A DNA stretch of 64,000 nucleotides from an uncultured virus (IMG/VR IMGVR_UViG_3300048778_000136) (IMGVR_UViG_3300048778_000136), one strand, 5' to 3'. Shown: positions 17,805-28,778, counted from the first letter of the stretch. The notes: generated by a model from the letters alone, not told the origin. Translations and numbers: made by a program.

Positions 17805-18290
17805 CTACTGCTCGAACACTCCGCCCTGTGCAAGTTTCTTCGGCAACCGAACCTTAGGAGTCCTGACTTCCTTGTCGTCAGCTTCATACGCTTCAGAATG
17901 CAAAAAGCTAGTCCTCTCCATCCCCTTCATCCGCTCATCGAAGTTATTCTTGAAGTTCTCATACGCCTGCACCGCGAAGTCCCTGTTCAACTGGTTTGGA
18001 GCGTTCGCAATGTTGTTCCTCATCTGGCTTGCAATCTTATCGTACTGCTCAGATTCTTGATGGCGTTGGTATGCCTGAGCGATCTTCTCCTTAGTCTCTT
18101 CCCATACACGCATCCTAGCGGACCACCGCTCAGCCGCAGCAGTGCTCGTGCATACCACCTTCTCAAAGCCTGCTGGGGCAGCGTATTGCTCGGGAAGGCC
18201 CATAATAATTTCCCCGGTTCCGCCGTAGACAGAAGGGTTAGAGAAATAAAATGTGATCGTTTTGCTGAGTTGTGCGTTCCTGTTCGCCAT
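17805..18290 (-). CDS. Hypothetical protein downstream of terminase
   Basis: 161 aa, GGGAG RBS. Confidence 0.6.
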   Translation of the reverse strand: MANRNAQLSKTITFYFSNPSVYGGTGEIIMGLPEQYAAPAGFEKVVCTSTAAAERWSARMRVWEETKEKIAQAYQRHQESEQYDKIASQMRNNIANAPNQLNRDFAVQAYENFKNNFDERMKGMERTSFLHSEAYEADDKEVRTPKVRLPKKLAQGGVFEQ

Positions 18291-18333
18291 TATGCTCCCT
18301 ACCTATCTGAAAAACTATACCACATCCTGCGCC

Positions 18334-20487
18334 TTACCATCCGTCGCCCACGTCCATCTGATTTGCGCTTCCCGGACCCTTTGGGCGTTCCTTCTTCTTT
18401 GGCGGAGCGCTTCGTTGTTGAGCACGCTCTGTCAGAATGTCCATGTCGTGGGCCGTGAAATAGCTCTGCGCCGCAGCACGCACTCGGTCGTCATGCTGTC
18501 CTGAACGATGTTCCATCTTCGATTTTCCTGCGGACTCATGGCGTTCAAGAGTTCGTAACTCCTCAATCAGCCACTTCGACTTAGGAATATACCAACCACC
18601 GTTGACAGCCTCGCGGAAACGGTCCATTAACATCGGCACAGACCACGCGCTTGAATACCAGCCTTCCTTTTTGCCAGCGTCATCCTTGATCTTCTTTGAG
18701 TCATAGCGACGAGGCTTATGCATATTATTGAAACCTAACATCTTCAACTGATGCTGGCAGGTGTCACCGGGGCCTCTAATCTGTTCAATTACATACTTCA
18801 TCCCCTTGCCGTCAGGACTCTTCTTTCCGTACCACGCACCTACGCAGGCAGCGAAGGCTACGACTTGCGCCGAGTTCACTTTATTTGTAGTGTACTCAGC
18901 GCATTGCTGATCGCTATCTCCTTTGAACCTATTATTCGTTACGGAAAGTACAGTCCTATCCTCGTCCTCTTTACCTAAACCATCTGCTGTATCAACCCCA
19001 CAAGCATAATAGTTCCCACGCTCCGGTGGCTCGTAAACGAGCAGACGATCCATCGTATTACTCTCAATTGTTTCGTCCTGATCCTTGAGGGGAACCATTG
19101 TCCATTCATACTCCTGCCCACGAAACGACTTCCACTCGACTTTGATCTTTTCCTTCGTTTGGTCAATAGAGTCCGGGTCAGGATGAAAGATTTCATCTAC
19201 ATCGTGCCCCATGATGGCATAGGCTTGGACAGGAATGCGACGTTCCTTTATTTCCTTCCCACCTTCCATCCTCACTTCGTAGATGTTGTTCTCTACCTCC
19301 GCAATCACTTCGGGATCAAACACGCTGTCGTGAACACCAGTGAGGGCTTCAAAGTCATCCGCAGGCATCTGCGCGGCCCACGTCTTCTGTGTATGTGTTT
19401 TACAAGAGGTGTCATAGTTGAACTGCCAAAACCATTTCTGCTCAATCGGCATACGCCAGTCGCGTCCAGCAACCTTAGATAGATAAGGGGTATTGCGCAC
19501 GAACGATTCACATTTAATGACATGCTTTCTAGTTGTATCGTGGATTTGCGATTCAAACCCACCGGGAACAGGAAACTTACGAAGCCAATCCTGTTCTGGA
19601 TAAATGTCGGGGCACATCGCCCAAGGAATAAACACTGGACATAGCCGTGACTTTCCTTGCGGATAATCTTCCTTAGCCGCTCTCCAAGTCTCTGCAAGCC
19701 ACCCAGTGTTTCCACCGCCAGTTCCTTCGAGCACCATAAAAAGATTCTTCGATGAGTGAGTAGCTCGGAATAGTCCTTCTTCGATGGTTACTTTAGGGTT
19801 AGGGTAATCAGCCAATTCTGATAAATGTATACAAGTTGGTGTCCAACCTTGCGCTAGTCCTGTTGCCTGACTACCCGACTGGATAGATAGGATCGATTCA
19901 TTATCGAACTGGTTTTTCGAGGTGCGCCGAGGTACCAGCCACCAAGCAGAACGATTGTAAGCAGTGTCCAAAATCCTTCTGATTAGTTCCGAGCGTTCCT
20001 TCTGTACGGATGCCATGACCGCTTGGGTGTGTGGGATGAACAATAAGCGATGGATAAACTTGAGTGCCGTCTTTGTCGTGATACCCAATTGCCGAGCCTT
20101 AAGAATCAGCATTTCAATCGACACTTGCTTCTCGTCAAACTCGGCAATTACTGAGTCAAAAATCTCCTGAGAACGGCGATTCTTGAACTTAAACATCTGG
20201 CCCTTCTCATCGCAAACCCAAGCATAACGAGATTCCCAATAACTACTATCAAGCCCGCAAAGAACTTGCTCGTTCTGAATCCAATGCCTTATTTCTTTCT
20301 GCCTGCTCGCACTGATCTTTTTAGTAAGAAATATCTGACTGGTTTTCGAGTTAGACTCAACCCTCATTAGAGAGTCTATGTACTTCGTGAAGTCCAGCAC
20401 CTCATCATACGAGTGGTACCGGGGAAGCCATTTATTGACACTCTCGAATTCCTCTATATTAGAATTTACAGTCTTTGGAGAATACAC
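18334..20487 (-). CDS. terL: Terminase large subunit
   Basis: LKARQLGITT Walker A, IHLSE Walker B, EGTGGG coupling motif, GVDTADG and HDDRV nuclease motifs. Confidence 0.92.
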   Translation of the reverse strand: MYSPKTVNSNIEEFESVNKWLPRYHSYDEVLDFTKYIDSLMRVESNSKTSQIFLTKKISASRQKEIRHWIQNEQVLCGLDSSYWESRYAWVCDEKGQMFKFKNRRSQEIFDSVIAEFDEKQVSIEMLILKARQLGITTKTALKFIHRLLFIPHTQAVMASVQKERSELIRRILDTAYNRSAWWLVPRRTSKNQFDNESILSIQSGSQATGLAQGWTPTCIHLSELADYPNPKVTIEEGLFRATHSSKNLFMVLEGTGGGNTGWLAETWRAAKEDYPQGKSRLCPVFIPWAMCPDIYPEQDWLRKFPVPGGFESQIHDTTRKHVIKCESFVRNTPYLSKVAGRDWRMPIEQKWFWQFNYDTSCKTHTQKTWAAQMPADDFEALTGVHDSVFDPEVIAEVENNIYEVRMEGGKEIKERRIPVQAYAIMGHDVDEIFHPDPDSIDQTKEKIKVEWKSFRGQEYEWTMVPLKDQDETIESNTMDRLLVYEPPERGNYYACGVDTADGLGKEDEDRTVLSVTNNRFKGDSDQQCAEYTTNKVNSAQVVAFAACVGAWYGKKSPDGKGMKYVIEQIRGPGDTCQHQLKMLGFNNMHKPRRYDSKKIKDDAGKKEGWYSSAWSVPMLMDRFREAVNGGWYIPKSKWLIEELRTLERHESAGKSKMEHRSGQHDDRVRAAAQSYFTAHDMDILTERAQQRSAPPKKKERPKGPGSANQMDVGDGW

Positions 20488-21387
20488 TTAGTCACCATCC
20501 TCTAGCATCCGTTGACGAATAGGAATAAGTTTCTGCTGTATATCTCTAGAATCGGGAAAAAGATAGTCTTGGTCAATCTCATCAGGATTGACGTTAATTA
20601 TATTCACCTCATCACCATCATCATCGTCATTGCTCTTTCCTGCACCCTGCGCGTTCATCGTCTGGTTCCCAGACCCAAAGATAGCCTTGCCAATGAACGT
20701 TGGCCCCTTCGGAGAAGGAAGGAATCCCATCGCAGTATCCAAAGCTGTTCTGTCCTTCTCGCCACTAGGCAAAAGACCATACTTCACTCTGGCCGCTGTG
20801 ATCTTGGGATGGTTGGTCATGGCGATGATCTTGACTGTGTTCACAGCCTGAGACTGCAAGGCGAGCATGATGGAGCCAAGGAAGACTCGTAAGTCTACCT
20901 CTGCCGCAAGCGCAATCGCTTCCCATGAAACTTTTTCCCTGTCGCCGATAGGCATCGTATCGTACTTCTCTAGGAAGGCAGCAATCGAAGGGTCTTCTGC
21001 CGCAAAACGCATTGCGCCCAAGACAGCTTTTAGGCCACCTTGGGCGTTCTTTAGGAGAGGTGTTATCTCAGGGGCAGAGCGAAGGAGTTGTAAGTCTACT
21101 CCAAGACGATTAAGCGCCTGTAGTGTTCGATCAACCGGCTTTTTTGGGAGCTTTGGAACGGGTAGCAGGTTTTCCTTGTCGGGCGAGGAATTCTTTTTCT
21201 CGTGGCCCGATTTCTTCTTCGGGGTCAAACTCTCCAAGCCAATCGGCGACAGGTCCATCGGTGTTCCCTGTTTGCGCCTTGAGCTTTTCTTCGGGAGAGG
21301 GGAGTGTTGAGACAACGGCGTCTCGTCGTTCTCTGACTTCTGGCCACTGTTTGGAGATAGCACTTCTGGCTGCTTCATTAAGGTCAC
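20488..21387 (-). CDS. Putative terminase small subunit (start uncertain)
   Basis: Directly abuts terL; helical; the 5' part overlaps the upstream ORF. Confidence 0.45.
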   Translation of the reverse strand: MTLMKQPEVLSPNSGQKSENDETPLSQHSPLPKKSSRRKQGTPMDLSPIGLESLTPKKKSGHEKKNSSPDKENLLPVPKLPKKPVDRTLQALNRLGVDLQLLRSAPEITPLLKNAQGGLKAVLGAMRFAAEDPSIAAFLEKYDTMPIGDREKVSWEAIALAAEVDLRVFLGSIMLALQSQAVNTVKIIAMTNHPKITAARVKYGLLPSGEKDRTALDTAMGFLPSPKGPTFIGKAIFGSGNQTMNAQGAGKSNDDDDGDEVNIINVNPDEIDQDYLFPDSRDIQQKLIPIRQRMLEDGD

Positions 21388-21448
21388 CTAACTTTTGTGC
21401 GATGCCCTCCCAAGCAACTACTAGCCGTTCTTCCTGTTCCTTAGTCAT
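21131..21448 (-). CDS. Hypothetical protein
   Basis: GGAGGA RBS. Confidence 0.55.
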   Translation of the reverse strand: MTKEQEERLVVAWEGIAQKLGDLNEAARSAISKQWPEVRERRDAVVSTLPSPEEKLKAQTGNTDGPVADWLGEFDPEEEIGPREKEFLARQGKPATRSKAPKKAG

Positions 21449-21664
21449 TATATTCCTCCCCAGCTATTCAGTGTCCTTTACGAACGATATACTCCAACAG
21501 GCTTACAAATCTCACTTGCGTCATCAGCGTGAAGCCATTCGTGTGCATCTATCGCATCTTTCTCTACGTAATCAACGAGGCGGTGGCAAGTGGCGCACTT
21601 CAATTTAGGCGCGACAACGGTATAGGGAACGTTACGATCATCTCCGAGTAACCAAATTATCCAC

Positions 21665-21832
21665 TTAGGTAGATATCTCATGAGTATCCTCCTGTTCCGC
21701 TGCCTGTACCCGCTCAGGATGAGGATTTGCTATCCAATCCATCCCGTCCCGCTTAGCAGATAAACACCTAGCACCCTTAGCCGCATGACAGAGTGGGCAG
21801 ACGACAGCGAGTTGTTCGACAGTGTAGCTCAC
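21665..21832 (-). CDS. Small Zn-finger protein
   Basis: Hand translation ..VVCPLCHAAKGARC....PHPERV; GTGA overlap with the upstream stop. Confidence 0.5.
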   Translation of the reverse strand: MSYTVEQLAVVCPLCHAAKGARCLSAKRDGMDWIANPHPERVQAAEQEDTHEIST

Positions 21833-22116
21833 TTGCCTTCCTCATCCGAAACTAGATCGTAAGTAGCCTCAAAAATATCACGCTTACAAGGATACAGTTC
21901 TCCCGCTACCCCCTGAATTACCTTGTCGGATGGCTCTGCGCGATGATCTCCCTCTAGGGTCTTGATATATATGTGCTCACGACCGAAAACAATGTCACCC
22001 TTTTCATAAGCATCTCGAATAGCTTTAGGAAGAGAGTTCCAATCGCTTGCAGCGTAAATCATCAACTGGTAAGCATCCCACGCGTCGATCACTACTGGCT
22101 TCTTACGAAATTTCAT
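21829..22116 (-). CDS. Widespread phage protein (KFRKKPV...TLEG...YPCK.DIF..TY family)
   Basis: Motif recognition; CCGGGAG RBS. Confidence 0.75.
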   Translation of the reverse strand: MKFRKKPVVIDAWDAYQLMIYAASDWNSLPKAIRDAYEKGDIVFGREHIYIKTLEGDHRAEPSDKVIQGVAGELYPCKRDIFEATYDLVSDEEGK

Positions 22117-22140
22117 ATCCTACTCCCGGATGCCCTATTC

Positions 22141-22599
22141 TTATTCGTCCAGCGGCCCTGTCGCCCCACCTTGAGCTACTGGAGTCATGCCTAGAGCCTT
22201 CAACCTTCTCGAATACTTACGCTTCTGAGGCTGCACTGGACCCTCATCTGTTATCTCAGGTTTCGCCTCGAAATCAGGAGCAACCTGCCGAGAACGCTCG
22301 CGAACAAGGCTTAGGTCAGCCTCGACAGGAACTTCCAACTCGGTATCGATCACAGTATCCGGTTCTGTTATATCTTGATCCGGCGTAGTGTTGTCCACTT
22401 CCAGTTCGTAGTTTACATCCGCCTGATCTAGTCCAAAAGTTTCAATATGTATAGAAGGAATACTAGCCTTGTATCCTCCAGAGTAGTTGTCAATCTTCCT
22501 TAGATTACAGTCGTTGCGAAGTTTTTCAGCTAGAGCTACACATAGGTCTTCAATAATTTCTTCGCCGTTCAGGCCGGGGATAAAGGTAAGATCGGACAC
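22141..22599 (-). CDS. Hypothetical acidic protein
   Basis: AGGAG RBS, GTG start. Confidence 0.55.
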   Translation of the reverse strand: MSDLTFIPGLNGEEIIEDLCVALAEKLRNDCNLRKIDNYSGGYKASIPSIHIETFGLDQADVNYELEVDNTTPDQDITEPDTVIDTELEVPVEADLSLVRERSRQVAPDFEAKPEITDEGPVQPQKRKYSRRLKALGMTPVAQGGATGPLDE

Positions 22600-22618
22600 G
22601 GTTAATTCTCCTTAGGGG

Positions 22619-22822
22619 TTACTGTTCGGCGGGAAAGGCTTCGATGCGCTCTGCAAGGATGCCAGAATACTCGTCCATGATGATGAACTGGCGGCTTAGT
22701 CTCAACTGCTCGTCAGTCGGCAATGAAGCAAAAGTGGAGGTTCTCATGAACGCCCCTAACCTGCTGTGGTTTTCGTCCAACTCCGACTTATCGGCTACAA
22801 CTCGCTCCTGATGTGGACGCAT
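22619..22822 (-). CDS. crAss001_48-like helical hairpin protein (candidate immune-signal sponge)
   Basis: PHQ.RVV..K.ELD.....L..F.....F..L...EQ.RL..Q...M..YS.IL.ERI..F. Confidence 0.75.
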   Translation of the reverse strand: MRPHQERVVADKSELDENHSRLGAFMRTSTFASLPTDEQLRLSRQFIIMDEYSGILAERIEAFPAEQ

Positions 22823-22848
22823 ATCTTATTCTCCCGGATGAAGATTTG

Positions 22849-23100
22849 TTAGGCGTTTTCTGTTTCGATGCGGTTTTTTACGATGGCAAAGCGAGTCAAA
22901 GTGGCCTTGTGCGGCGAAATCTTTCCACTTTCGATCATTTGAATCGTTCGGCGGCAGCCTGCACCCTCTTCGCCGGGTTCCGCCATCAGGTCGGCCAAAG
23001 CTCGCTGGGTAATTTTGAAATTACGCCTAAACGTCTTCCATTCACGTGCTCTTGTCTTGCGTTCTTTCAAATCTTCGGCTGTCGGTTTCGGCCTTGGCAT
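22849..23100 (-). CDS. XRE-family HTH regulator
   Basis: FRRNFKITQRALAD...RTIQMIESGKISP. Confidence 0.75.
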   Translation of the reverse strand: MPRPKPTAEDLKERKTRAREWKTFRRNFKITQRALADLMAEPGEEGAGCRRTIQMIESGKISPHKATLTRFAIVKNRIETENA

Positions 23101-23120
23101 TATTTATCTCCTTACCGAAG

Positions 23121-23176
23121 TGCGCCATGCGCAGTTTCGACTAAAATTAGTTTATCCTAATGGCGCAGGTTGTCAA
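23121..23176 (-). promoter_or_regulatory. Promoter with inverted-repeat operator upstream of the HTH gene
   Basis: TTGACA-N16-TAAACT; TGCGCCAT (23121-28)/ATGGCGCA (23160-67). Confidence 0.55.
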
Positions 23177-23775
23177 GAGTAATCTCAAGTAACATCAAAC
23201 GCCTCTGGCCTATCCCACGGAGAAACCACGTCCATTCCCAAACCTTCCTGCAGTTTGGAAATCACTGAGATATACACATGCGAGGCCGATTCGCTTCTAG
23301 GAAAATACTCTACGCTTGCGTCAAATAGATGACGTAGAGCAAGAACTACTTCCTTAGCTTCCTGTTCCGTAAGGTCTACTTTCATAGTTTATCCGGCATA
23401 GTCTCCGCTATGTCCTCCATCGTCAGATACTCCAGTTCGGGATGCGCCCGTTTCATCCTGAGCGCGTGGGCAGGACCACGATACATAATTCCGCCCGGAC
23501 TAACCCAAATTGCCAATCCCTTAGCCGTCCACCCGGCCTCACGTAGCTCTCTCGCCCAGTCATCAGGTTCGCCTTCTAGTATTGATTCCGTCATAACTGG
23601 AATAGTCCCTCTCCTTTGATATAGTGCTGGATCATCCTAATCGCCATATCCGCTCCAGAATTGAAACCTTCGTTGTAAGCGTCCTTTGGAGCTAGAGTCC
23701 TGTTCGCGCCGATCTCTGTTACCGCTCCCTCAAACTCTTTGCGGATTGCCATTGCAGTCTTACTCTTTGACACGC

Positions 23776-24153
23776 TCATCGTAGGCTCCCCTCTTTCATA
23801 TCCTTGTACCAGTCGGTCTTTCGTATATCCAACCACTCCCGAAACGTGCAGTCGAACGCATCCGAATAGTTACGATACTCCTCAAACCGCTTCGCTCCAG
23901 CCGATACCTTTGGCGGCAAAGGACTAGCATTCTTCATTGCTTCCTTCCCGGCCTCAGTAACCGCAAACATCGTATCCGGTAACCATGAGCGGGCAGGAAG
24001 CTCAACCATATAACCCATCTGTACCAGTTCGATACAGTCAAGATCATAAGGGTCCGTGCCGTAGTAGTTCCTGTCCGCCCCATACTTCGGCATCGTACCC
24101 CACTGGTCGGCTCCTAGCGCGTGCTGGAGGATTTCAAGATGGCGGAGATTCAT
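23776..24153 (-). CDS. Hypothetical protein (winged-helix-like)
   Basis: ILQHALG...RNYY....C.ELV.MGYM...F.VTEAG. Confidence 0.6.
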   Translation of the reverse strand: MNLRHLEILQHALGADQWGTMPKYGADRNYYGTDPYDLDCIELVQMGYMVELPARSWLPDTMFAVTEAGKEAMKNASPLPPKVSAGAKRFEEYRNYSDAFDCTFREWLDIRKTDWYKDMKEGSLR

Positions 24154-24361
24154 GGGTTTAGGCTCATCGCACTATTTTCGAGTTGTTGGCGAACAGTTTG
24201 CATCCTCTGCACTGTATCCTTGATTTCCTCTATCTTGCCTACATCGTCTCGCAAAACTCGATCCTCTACATCCTGACAATAGCGAGAAAGTGTCTCTAGC
24301 TTCGCCTTGAGAACTACCTGTTGGAGTTCTAGTTGAACATTGCGTGATAACATCCATTCAC

Positions 24362-24946
24362 TCATTCCGTCTCCTCTTCATTTTTCCTCTTCGAGATAAG
24401 GATCGCCTTCGAGTAATCAGGATGATACACATGAATCGACTTGTTAGCTTCATTGAACGCCGTAACCGCATCCTCCAGTTCATCGACGCCATTGAGGTCG
24501 TTTACATCAGCCTCTTCCCACATGTTTTCAAGTAGGTTTTCGTACAGGCTTTCCGTCGTGGCGAGAGGAACACCTATATTTTTACAAGCCCAAACATACT
24601 CAGGCTCCTGCCCCACAAGATATCCATCGATAGCCTCTTCAACCGAGTCGTAGAACTTATCGCCATCGGATACCATATCGCCGTAATAATCGCTCTCGGC
24701 TATCTTCTGTGCCTTCTCAAATCGATCCTGCTCCCTCACGGCTTCCTCTGCCTTCCATTCCTTCCCCTGACAGGAATCGCACTTGGCTTGATAGCGGCCT
24801 GTTATCTTTCCTCCGCAGGAGCATACACGCTCTCCATGACATAAAATAGCCGCGTCCTTTGTACCGAACACGGCACGACATTCGGAACAGTAAAATACTC
24901 CTGACGGCGATCCATCTTGTTTGAATAGTTCGATTGCTTTGCTCAT
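24362..24946 (-). CDS. Hypothetical Cys-rich/acidic protein
   Basis: CxxC pairs; packed operon. Confidence 0.6.
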   Translation of the reverse strand: MSKAIELFKQDGSPSGVFYCSECRAVFGTKDAAILCHGERVCSCGGKITGRYQAKCDSCQGKEWKAEEAVREQDRFEKAQKIAESDYYGDMVSDGDKFYDSVEEAIDGYLVGQEPEYVWACKNIGVPLATTESLYENLLENMWEEADVNDLNGVDELEDAVTAFNEANKSIHVYHPDYSKAILISKRKNEEETE

Positions 24947-25153
24947 TTATCCCTCGCTATCCTGTGCGTCCATCATCGCCGCAAACTCTCCAGACCCAAA
25001 CTCTTTCGCTTCCTTGCTCCCTTGCGGGTAAGGACACGATGTTTTTCATAACTCACTACCGTAGATTCCGCCTTGGCGATACAAGACGTACCCTTGACTG
25101 CGAGGGAGTAGTTTATCCCATTGTGCTTTGGTAACAAGTTTCACTAGAGGCAT
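24947..25153 (-). pseudogene. Small gene interrupted by an in-frame TGA (25046-48)
   Basis: MPLVKL...YGSEL*KTSCPYPQGSKEAKEFGSGEFAAMMDAQDSEG* ends directly before the next ATG. Confidence 0.5.
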
Positions 25154-25209
25154 AGAAGATTCCTTATCTGCATACTCTGCGCTGAGGCGCAGTTTGTCAA
25201 CAACTAAAT

Positions 25210-25632
25210 TTAGATTTGTTCTCCTTGCGCGATACACCCCAACCGATCCTTCGCCTGACGCTTAGTTATCTTAGTTTTCCCGTTTCGCCCGAAATTCCGT
25301 CCTTCGCCGTGGCAAGCCGCGCATAGGACTGTATCGGGGTTTGGAATCTCGCAAGTAGTCCCTTTCCCAACTTCCAGCCGCCACAACATCCCGCATACTG
25401 TACGCGCAGTCAGAATCGGATTCTTGAGGCGAAGGAAGTAGTCCCAGTCGTAGTCGTACCAGCGCATCTCTACGTAATCAATCTTGTGTAGTAGGCTAGA
25501 CATTCCGATCTTGCCGTGAACATACTTGGGATGCTTCTTCACGTGCGGCGGATCACGCCAGATTAGATACTCACTCTCTCTAGTGCGCGGGATTCGCTCC
25601 CCTTCGTAGATGGAATTCTCTCGTCTCGGCAT
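25210..25632 (-). CDS. Hypothetical protein
   Basis: 140 aa, H/C motifs. Confidence 0.55.
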   Translation of the reverse strand: MPRRENSIYEGERIPRTRESEYLIWRDPPHVKKHPKYVHGKIGMSSLLHKIDYVEMRWYDYDWDYFLRLKNPILTARTVCGMLWRLEVGKGTTCEIPNPDTVLCAACHGEGRNFGRNGKTKITKRQAKDRLGCIAQGEQI

Positions 25633-25638
25633 ACTTAC

Positions 25639-25917
25639 TCATCCTTCGACATAAAGCCTGTATTCGTAGGCCCGTGATCCTTCTCTTATCCTCTTTTCAA
25701 CAAGGTAGCCGCCATATTTTGCGCTGCGTAATTCGCGGATTCTGGCAGTGCAAGATGAGTCGCTGATCCTAACCTTATGGTCGCGCAGGATGATATCGCA
25801 AATTTCCCAAGGCATTCTCCATTTCCCATCCGCCATAATCTCTAGGACAGTGGCGTTCAACGTGCCCAACGTCGGAGCAGCGCGTTCGTCGAACAGAGAT
25901 GGTTGGCTATTCGTCAC
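25639..25917 (-). CDS. Winged-helix-like protein
   Basis: IMADGKWR...EI......SCTARIRELR..KYGG..VEKR......YEYRL. Confidence 0.6.
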   Translation of the reverse strand: MTNSQPSLFDERAAPTLGTLNATVLEIMADGKWRMPWEICDIILRDHKVRISDSSCTARIRELRSAKYGGYLVEKRIREGSRAYEYRLYVEG

Positions 25918-26671
25918 GCTTCCCCCTCTGACCACCCGACTTCTTTTCCCGATCCCCTTTAGGTAGCTCGGGATCGAATATCGAACTCCGGACCAGTTTA
26001 GGTGGAGGAATAGGGCGTTTGTAGCTGGTGGCAACTCTCTGTGCGTGGATATCGCACATAGGTGTGCTCTCCACTAAAATTGTAGCGTCGGTGAGTTTCC
26101 CATGATCCCTACAATTCTCGCAATAATAAACAGCCATTACACTTCCTCAACCATCACAAATGGTTTGCTGACAGTTCTATAGCGATGACCGGGATTAGGT
26201 GGGTTTAATAAAAGTTTAGGCTTCCTGAGAGTGTCTTCGCGTACCGCATTGACCATCAATATCCGAGCATCGTCGCTCATGAGAGGGTTATCTAGTCCCG
26301 CGCAGCAAATCTGGCGCAAGCAAAACTCCGCCAGCAAAGTCTCGCGCAGTTTGGCAGTCAGGACTACAGTTTCCTTCCTTGTCCAGCCACGTTTCTCGCA
26401 CATCTCTGGCCGGGTCACATAGAAGTGCGCCGTAGAGTATTGGTATCCACTTCTAGGACTCATTTGGAAAAGTTCCTTTTTCTTATGATATTTCTAACAA
26501 TCCAATCATTCTGGCTATCGCTAATTAGGGTCTCCATTGCCTGTATCCGTTCGTAGTGCGATCTTGTCATCATCCCGTAGGCGTGGTCTCGACATTGAAA
26601 GGATGCGAGAGAGCCGCATCGTGGACAGTCGATGTTGAGACATTGAATTGCAACTGGCTTTACATTAATGC

Positions 26672-27361
26672 TCACTTGGTCTCCGCCTTTAGTTTGTCGT
26701 ACTGCTGGATGCTCCATGCGAGAGAATAGCAGCACCACATGAAGTGATAAGTGTACTCCTCGCAATCCCATTCCCAAGTGTCGTTAAACTCATAGTGATC
26801 GCCGTCAATATCGCAACCAAACTCTCCTATAACCCTACGCGCCTCAAACTCTCCGTCATTGAAGTAACGGTAAACATCTTCCTTGATAATCTCGCGTATC
26901 TCGGCCTCAAACTTACTCCTAGCCGCTACTTCTTCTTCCTCGGTGGATTCGAAGGGAATATTACATTCCTCGACCCACGTCTTGATCTGTTCTTCGACGT
27001 GTTCTTTGAGTATTTCGGACGAAAAAATTCTGAATCCTAGCTCTCGACCTGACCGATCCACAGCCTCCAGCTTCTCGCCCCAATAACTGAGATTGATATG
27101 CAGCTTTTCCTTGTCGCGGTCAGGATGTGTCCGAAAGAACTTAAACATATCCTCCAGCCGCGCGAAGATATAGGTTCCCATGTCGCCTGTATATGCCAAG
27201 CGTCCCGGCCAAGTCACAATATCGAACCACTGATTACATGAGTGCTCTCCTGTGGATGCGAAGTGTAAGTGACGGTATATGCCGTTGTCCAGCAGCACCG
27301 TCATCTTGTGCTTCTCTACGTCCTTCAAAAAGGACTCCTCTGTTGGTTGTCTGTTGCTCAT
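26672..27361 (-). CDS. Conserved phage hypothetical protein
   Basis: FLKDV..H.M.VL.DNG.YRHL.F......FD.VTWPG.L.YTGDMG.Y.F.RL.DMF.FFR; CCGGGAG RBS. Confidence 0.7.
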   Translation of the reverse strand: MSNRQPTEESFLKDVEKHKMTVLLDNGIYRHLHFASTGEHSCNQWFDIVTWPGRLAYTGDMGTYIFARLEDMFKFFRTHPDRDKEKLHINLSYWGEKLEAVDRSGRELGFRIFSSEILKEHVEEQIKTWVEECNIPFESTEEEEVAARSKFEAEIREIIKEDVYRYFNDGEFEARRVIGEFGCDIDGDHYEFNDTWEWDCEEYTYHFMWCCYSLAWSIQQYDKLKAETK

Positions 27362-28174
27362 ACTTCCTCCCGGATTACCCTTAAAAGTCTTCATCCATCC
27401 CCCACATCTTGAGAACCTCAGTGGGGACGTAGTATGTGCGTGCGTGCTTGACAATGAAATCGAGTACCTTGGGATTATTCTCGAAGTCCTTGGCTTCGAT
27501 ACCTTCAGTGATCAGGAATAGCTCCCAATGGCAGGGTTCGTCAGGAATATCTGGATAACCTTGGAGTGACCACGCTGGAGACGTATGACCCTTACGATGC
27601 GCCAATGTATTTCCCTTCCTACTGATGAATAAATAATATTCGAAACTCTGCGCCATGTAAAGGCGTATTTTCATACCGCTAAAGCAACGCCAAAATCTAG
27701 ACCAGCGCAATCATGGAAGCCAATTCCTTGCTCGTAATACTTTTTCCAACAACCATTCCAAACACATACATACTTATCCTGCATAGGCCAGTACGATTCC
27801 ATTTCTAATATGTCCTGTCCGCAATCAGGACAAGTACCCCACACCGTCCTTTCCTGTTTCGGAGCAGGCTTCCATCCTTCGGCCTTCTTGCTATCGCTGG
27901 TGAAGAACTTACCGTTTACCCATACCCTATTTTTTGAAGTGCGTATCTCCGCAACCTCTTCGGGAAACACGCGCTCTGCAATACTCTTTATCGGCTCCAA
28001 GTCGTCGGTTATTTTATCTTCCATGTGACCAGCACTCCATCATATCCTCTACCCTTTGCTGGACGATACAGAGTCGATGTAATCGTATAGCGTCGATATT
28101 CCAACTCGCATGGAGCCGACTCGATAGCCGCCATAATATGCTTGCGTGCGATCTTTACTGTTGTCTTTGCCATA

Positions 28175-28711
28175 TTATTTCACCTCGTCTAGAGCGGCCA
28201 GAATCTCAACTATCATTGCATCCGCGTCAATGCGCCCATTGTCTATCTGAGAGCGATGGGTAGCGAGGATATTGCCTACGATAATTACGCGCGGATCAAC
28301 GGGCTTCTCCAGCTTAGCTCGGCGCTTGGCTAACAGGTCATTCGTTGTCTTCCACCCGTAAGCTATCTCCGCATCGGTCGTCGGACCCAGCAGCGCATCC
28401 GCAGCCACACGAAGAGCGGCGGTCATAGCAATGTTGCCGGTGGAATTTTCGTTGTAGTAGACTTTCACCATCTTCTCCACTAACACTCCATCCAGCGGTG
28501 CGGGTTCGTACTGAAGGAGTGCGGCGAGGGAATCAATAAGTTCTCGGCCTTCTTTATGGGATGAGGGGTCGTACCCGTACCTATTTTTCCACGCATCGCC
28601 CGCCGTTTGAATCTGCTTATCTGTCAGTCTGCTCATCACTTCGCCTCTTTCATTTTTCTCAGACATTCCTTGCAAGTAACACGTTCGTCGATGCTGATGA
28701 GAGAAATCCAC
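28175..28711 (-). CDS. Hypothetical protein (start uncertain)
   Basis: ORF co-oriented with neighbours. Confidence 0.45.
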   Translation of the reverse strand: MDFSHQHRRTCYLQGMSEKNERGEVMSRLTDKQIQTAGDAWKNRYGYDPSSHKEGRELIDSLAALLQYEPAPLDGVLVEKMVKVYYNENSTGNIAMTAALRVAADALLGPTTDAEIAYGWKTTNDLLAKRRAKLEKPVDPRVIIVGNILATHRSQIDNGRIDADAMIVEILAALDEVK

Positions 28712-28778
28712 AACTCAGTACCGCACAGCGGCGCGGGTTCCTCATCGCCCTCCTTGACCCTCTTGTGATTCACAAAAC

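Noticed and set aside
21131..21387. Long dual-coding overlap of TerS with the upstream gene
   Set aside because: The TerS start is uncertain and probably lies further downstream; there is no evidence that both frames are translated.
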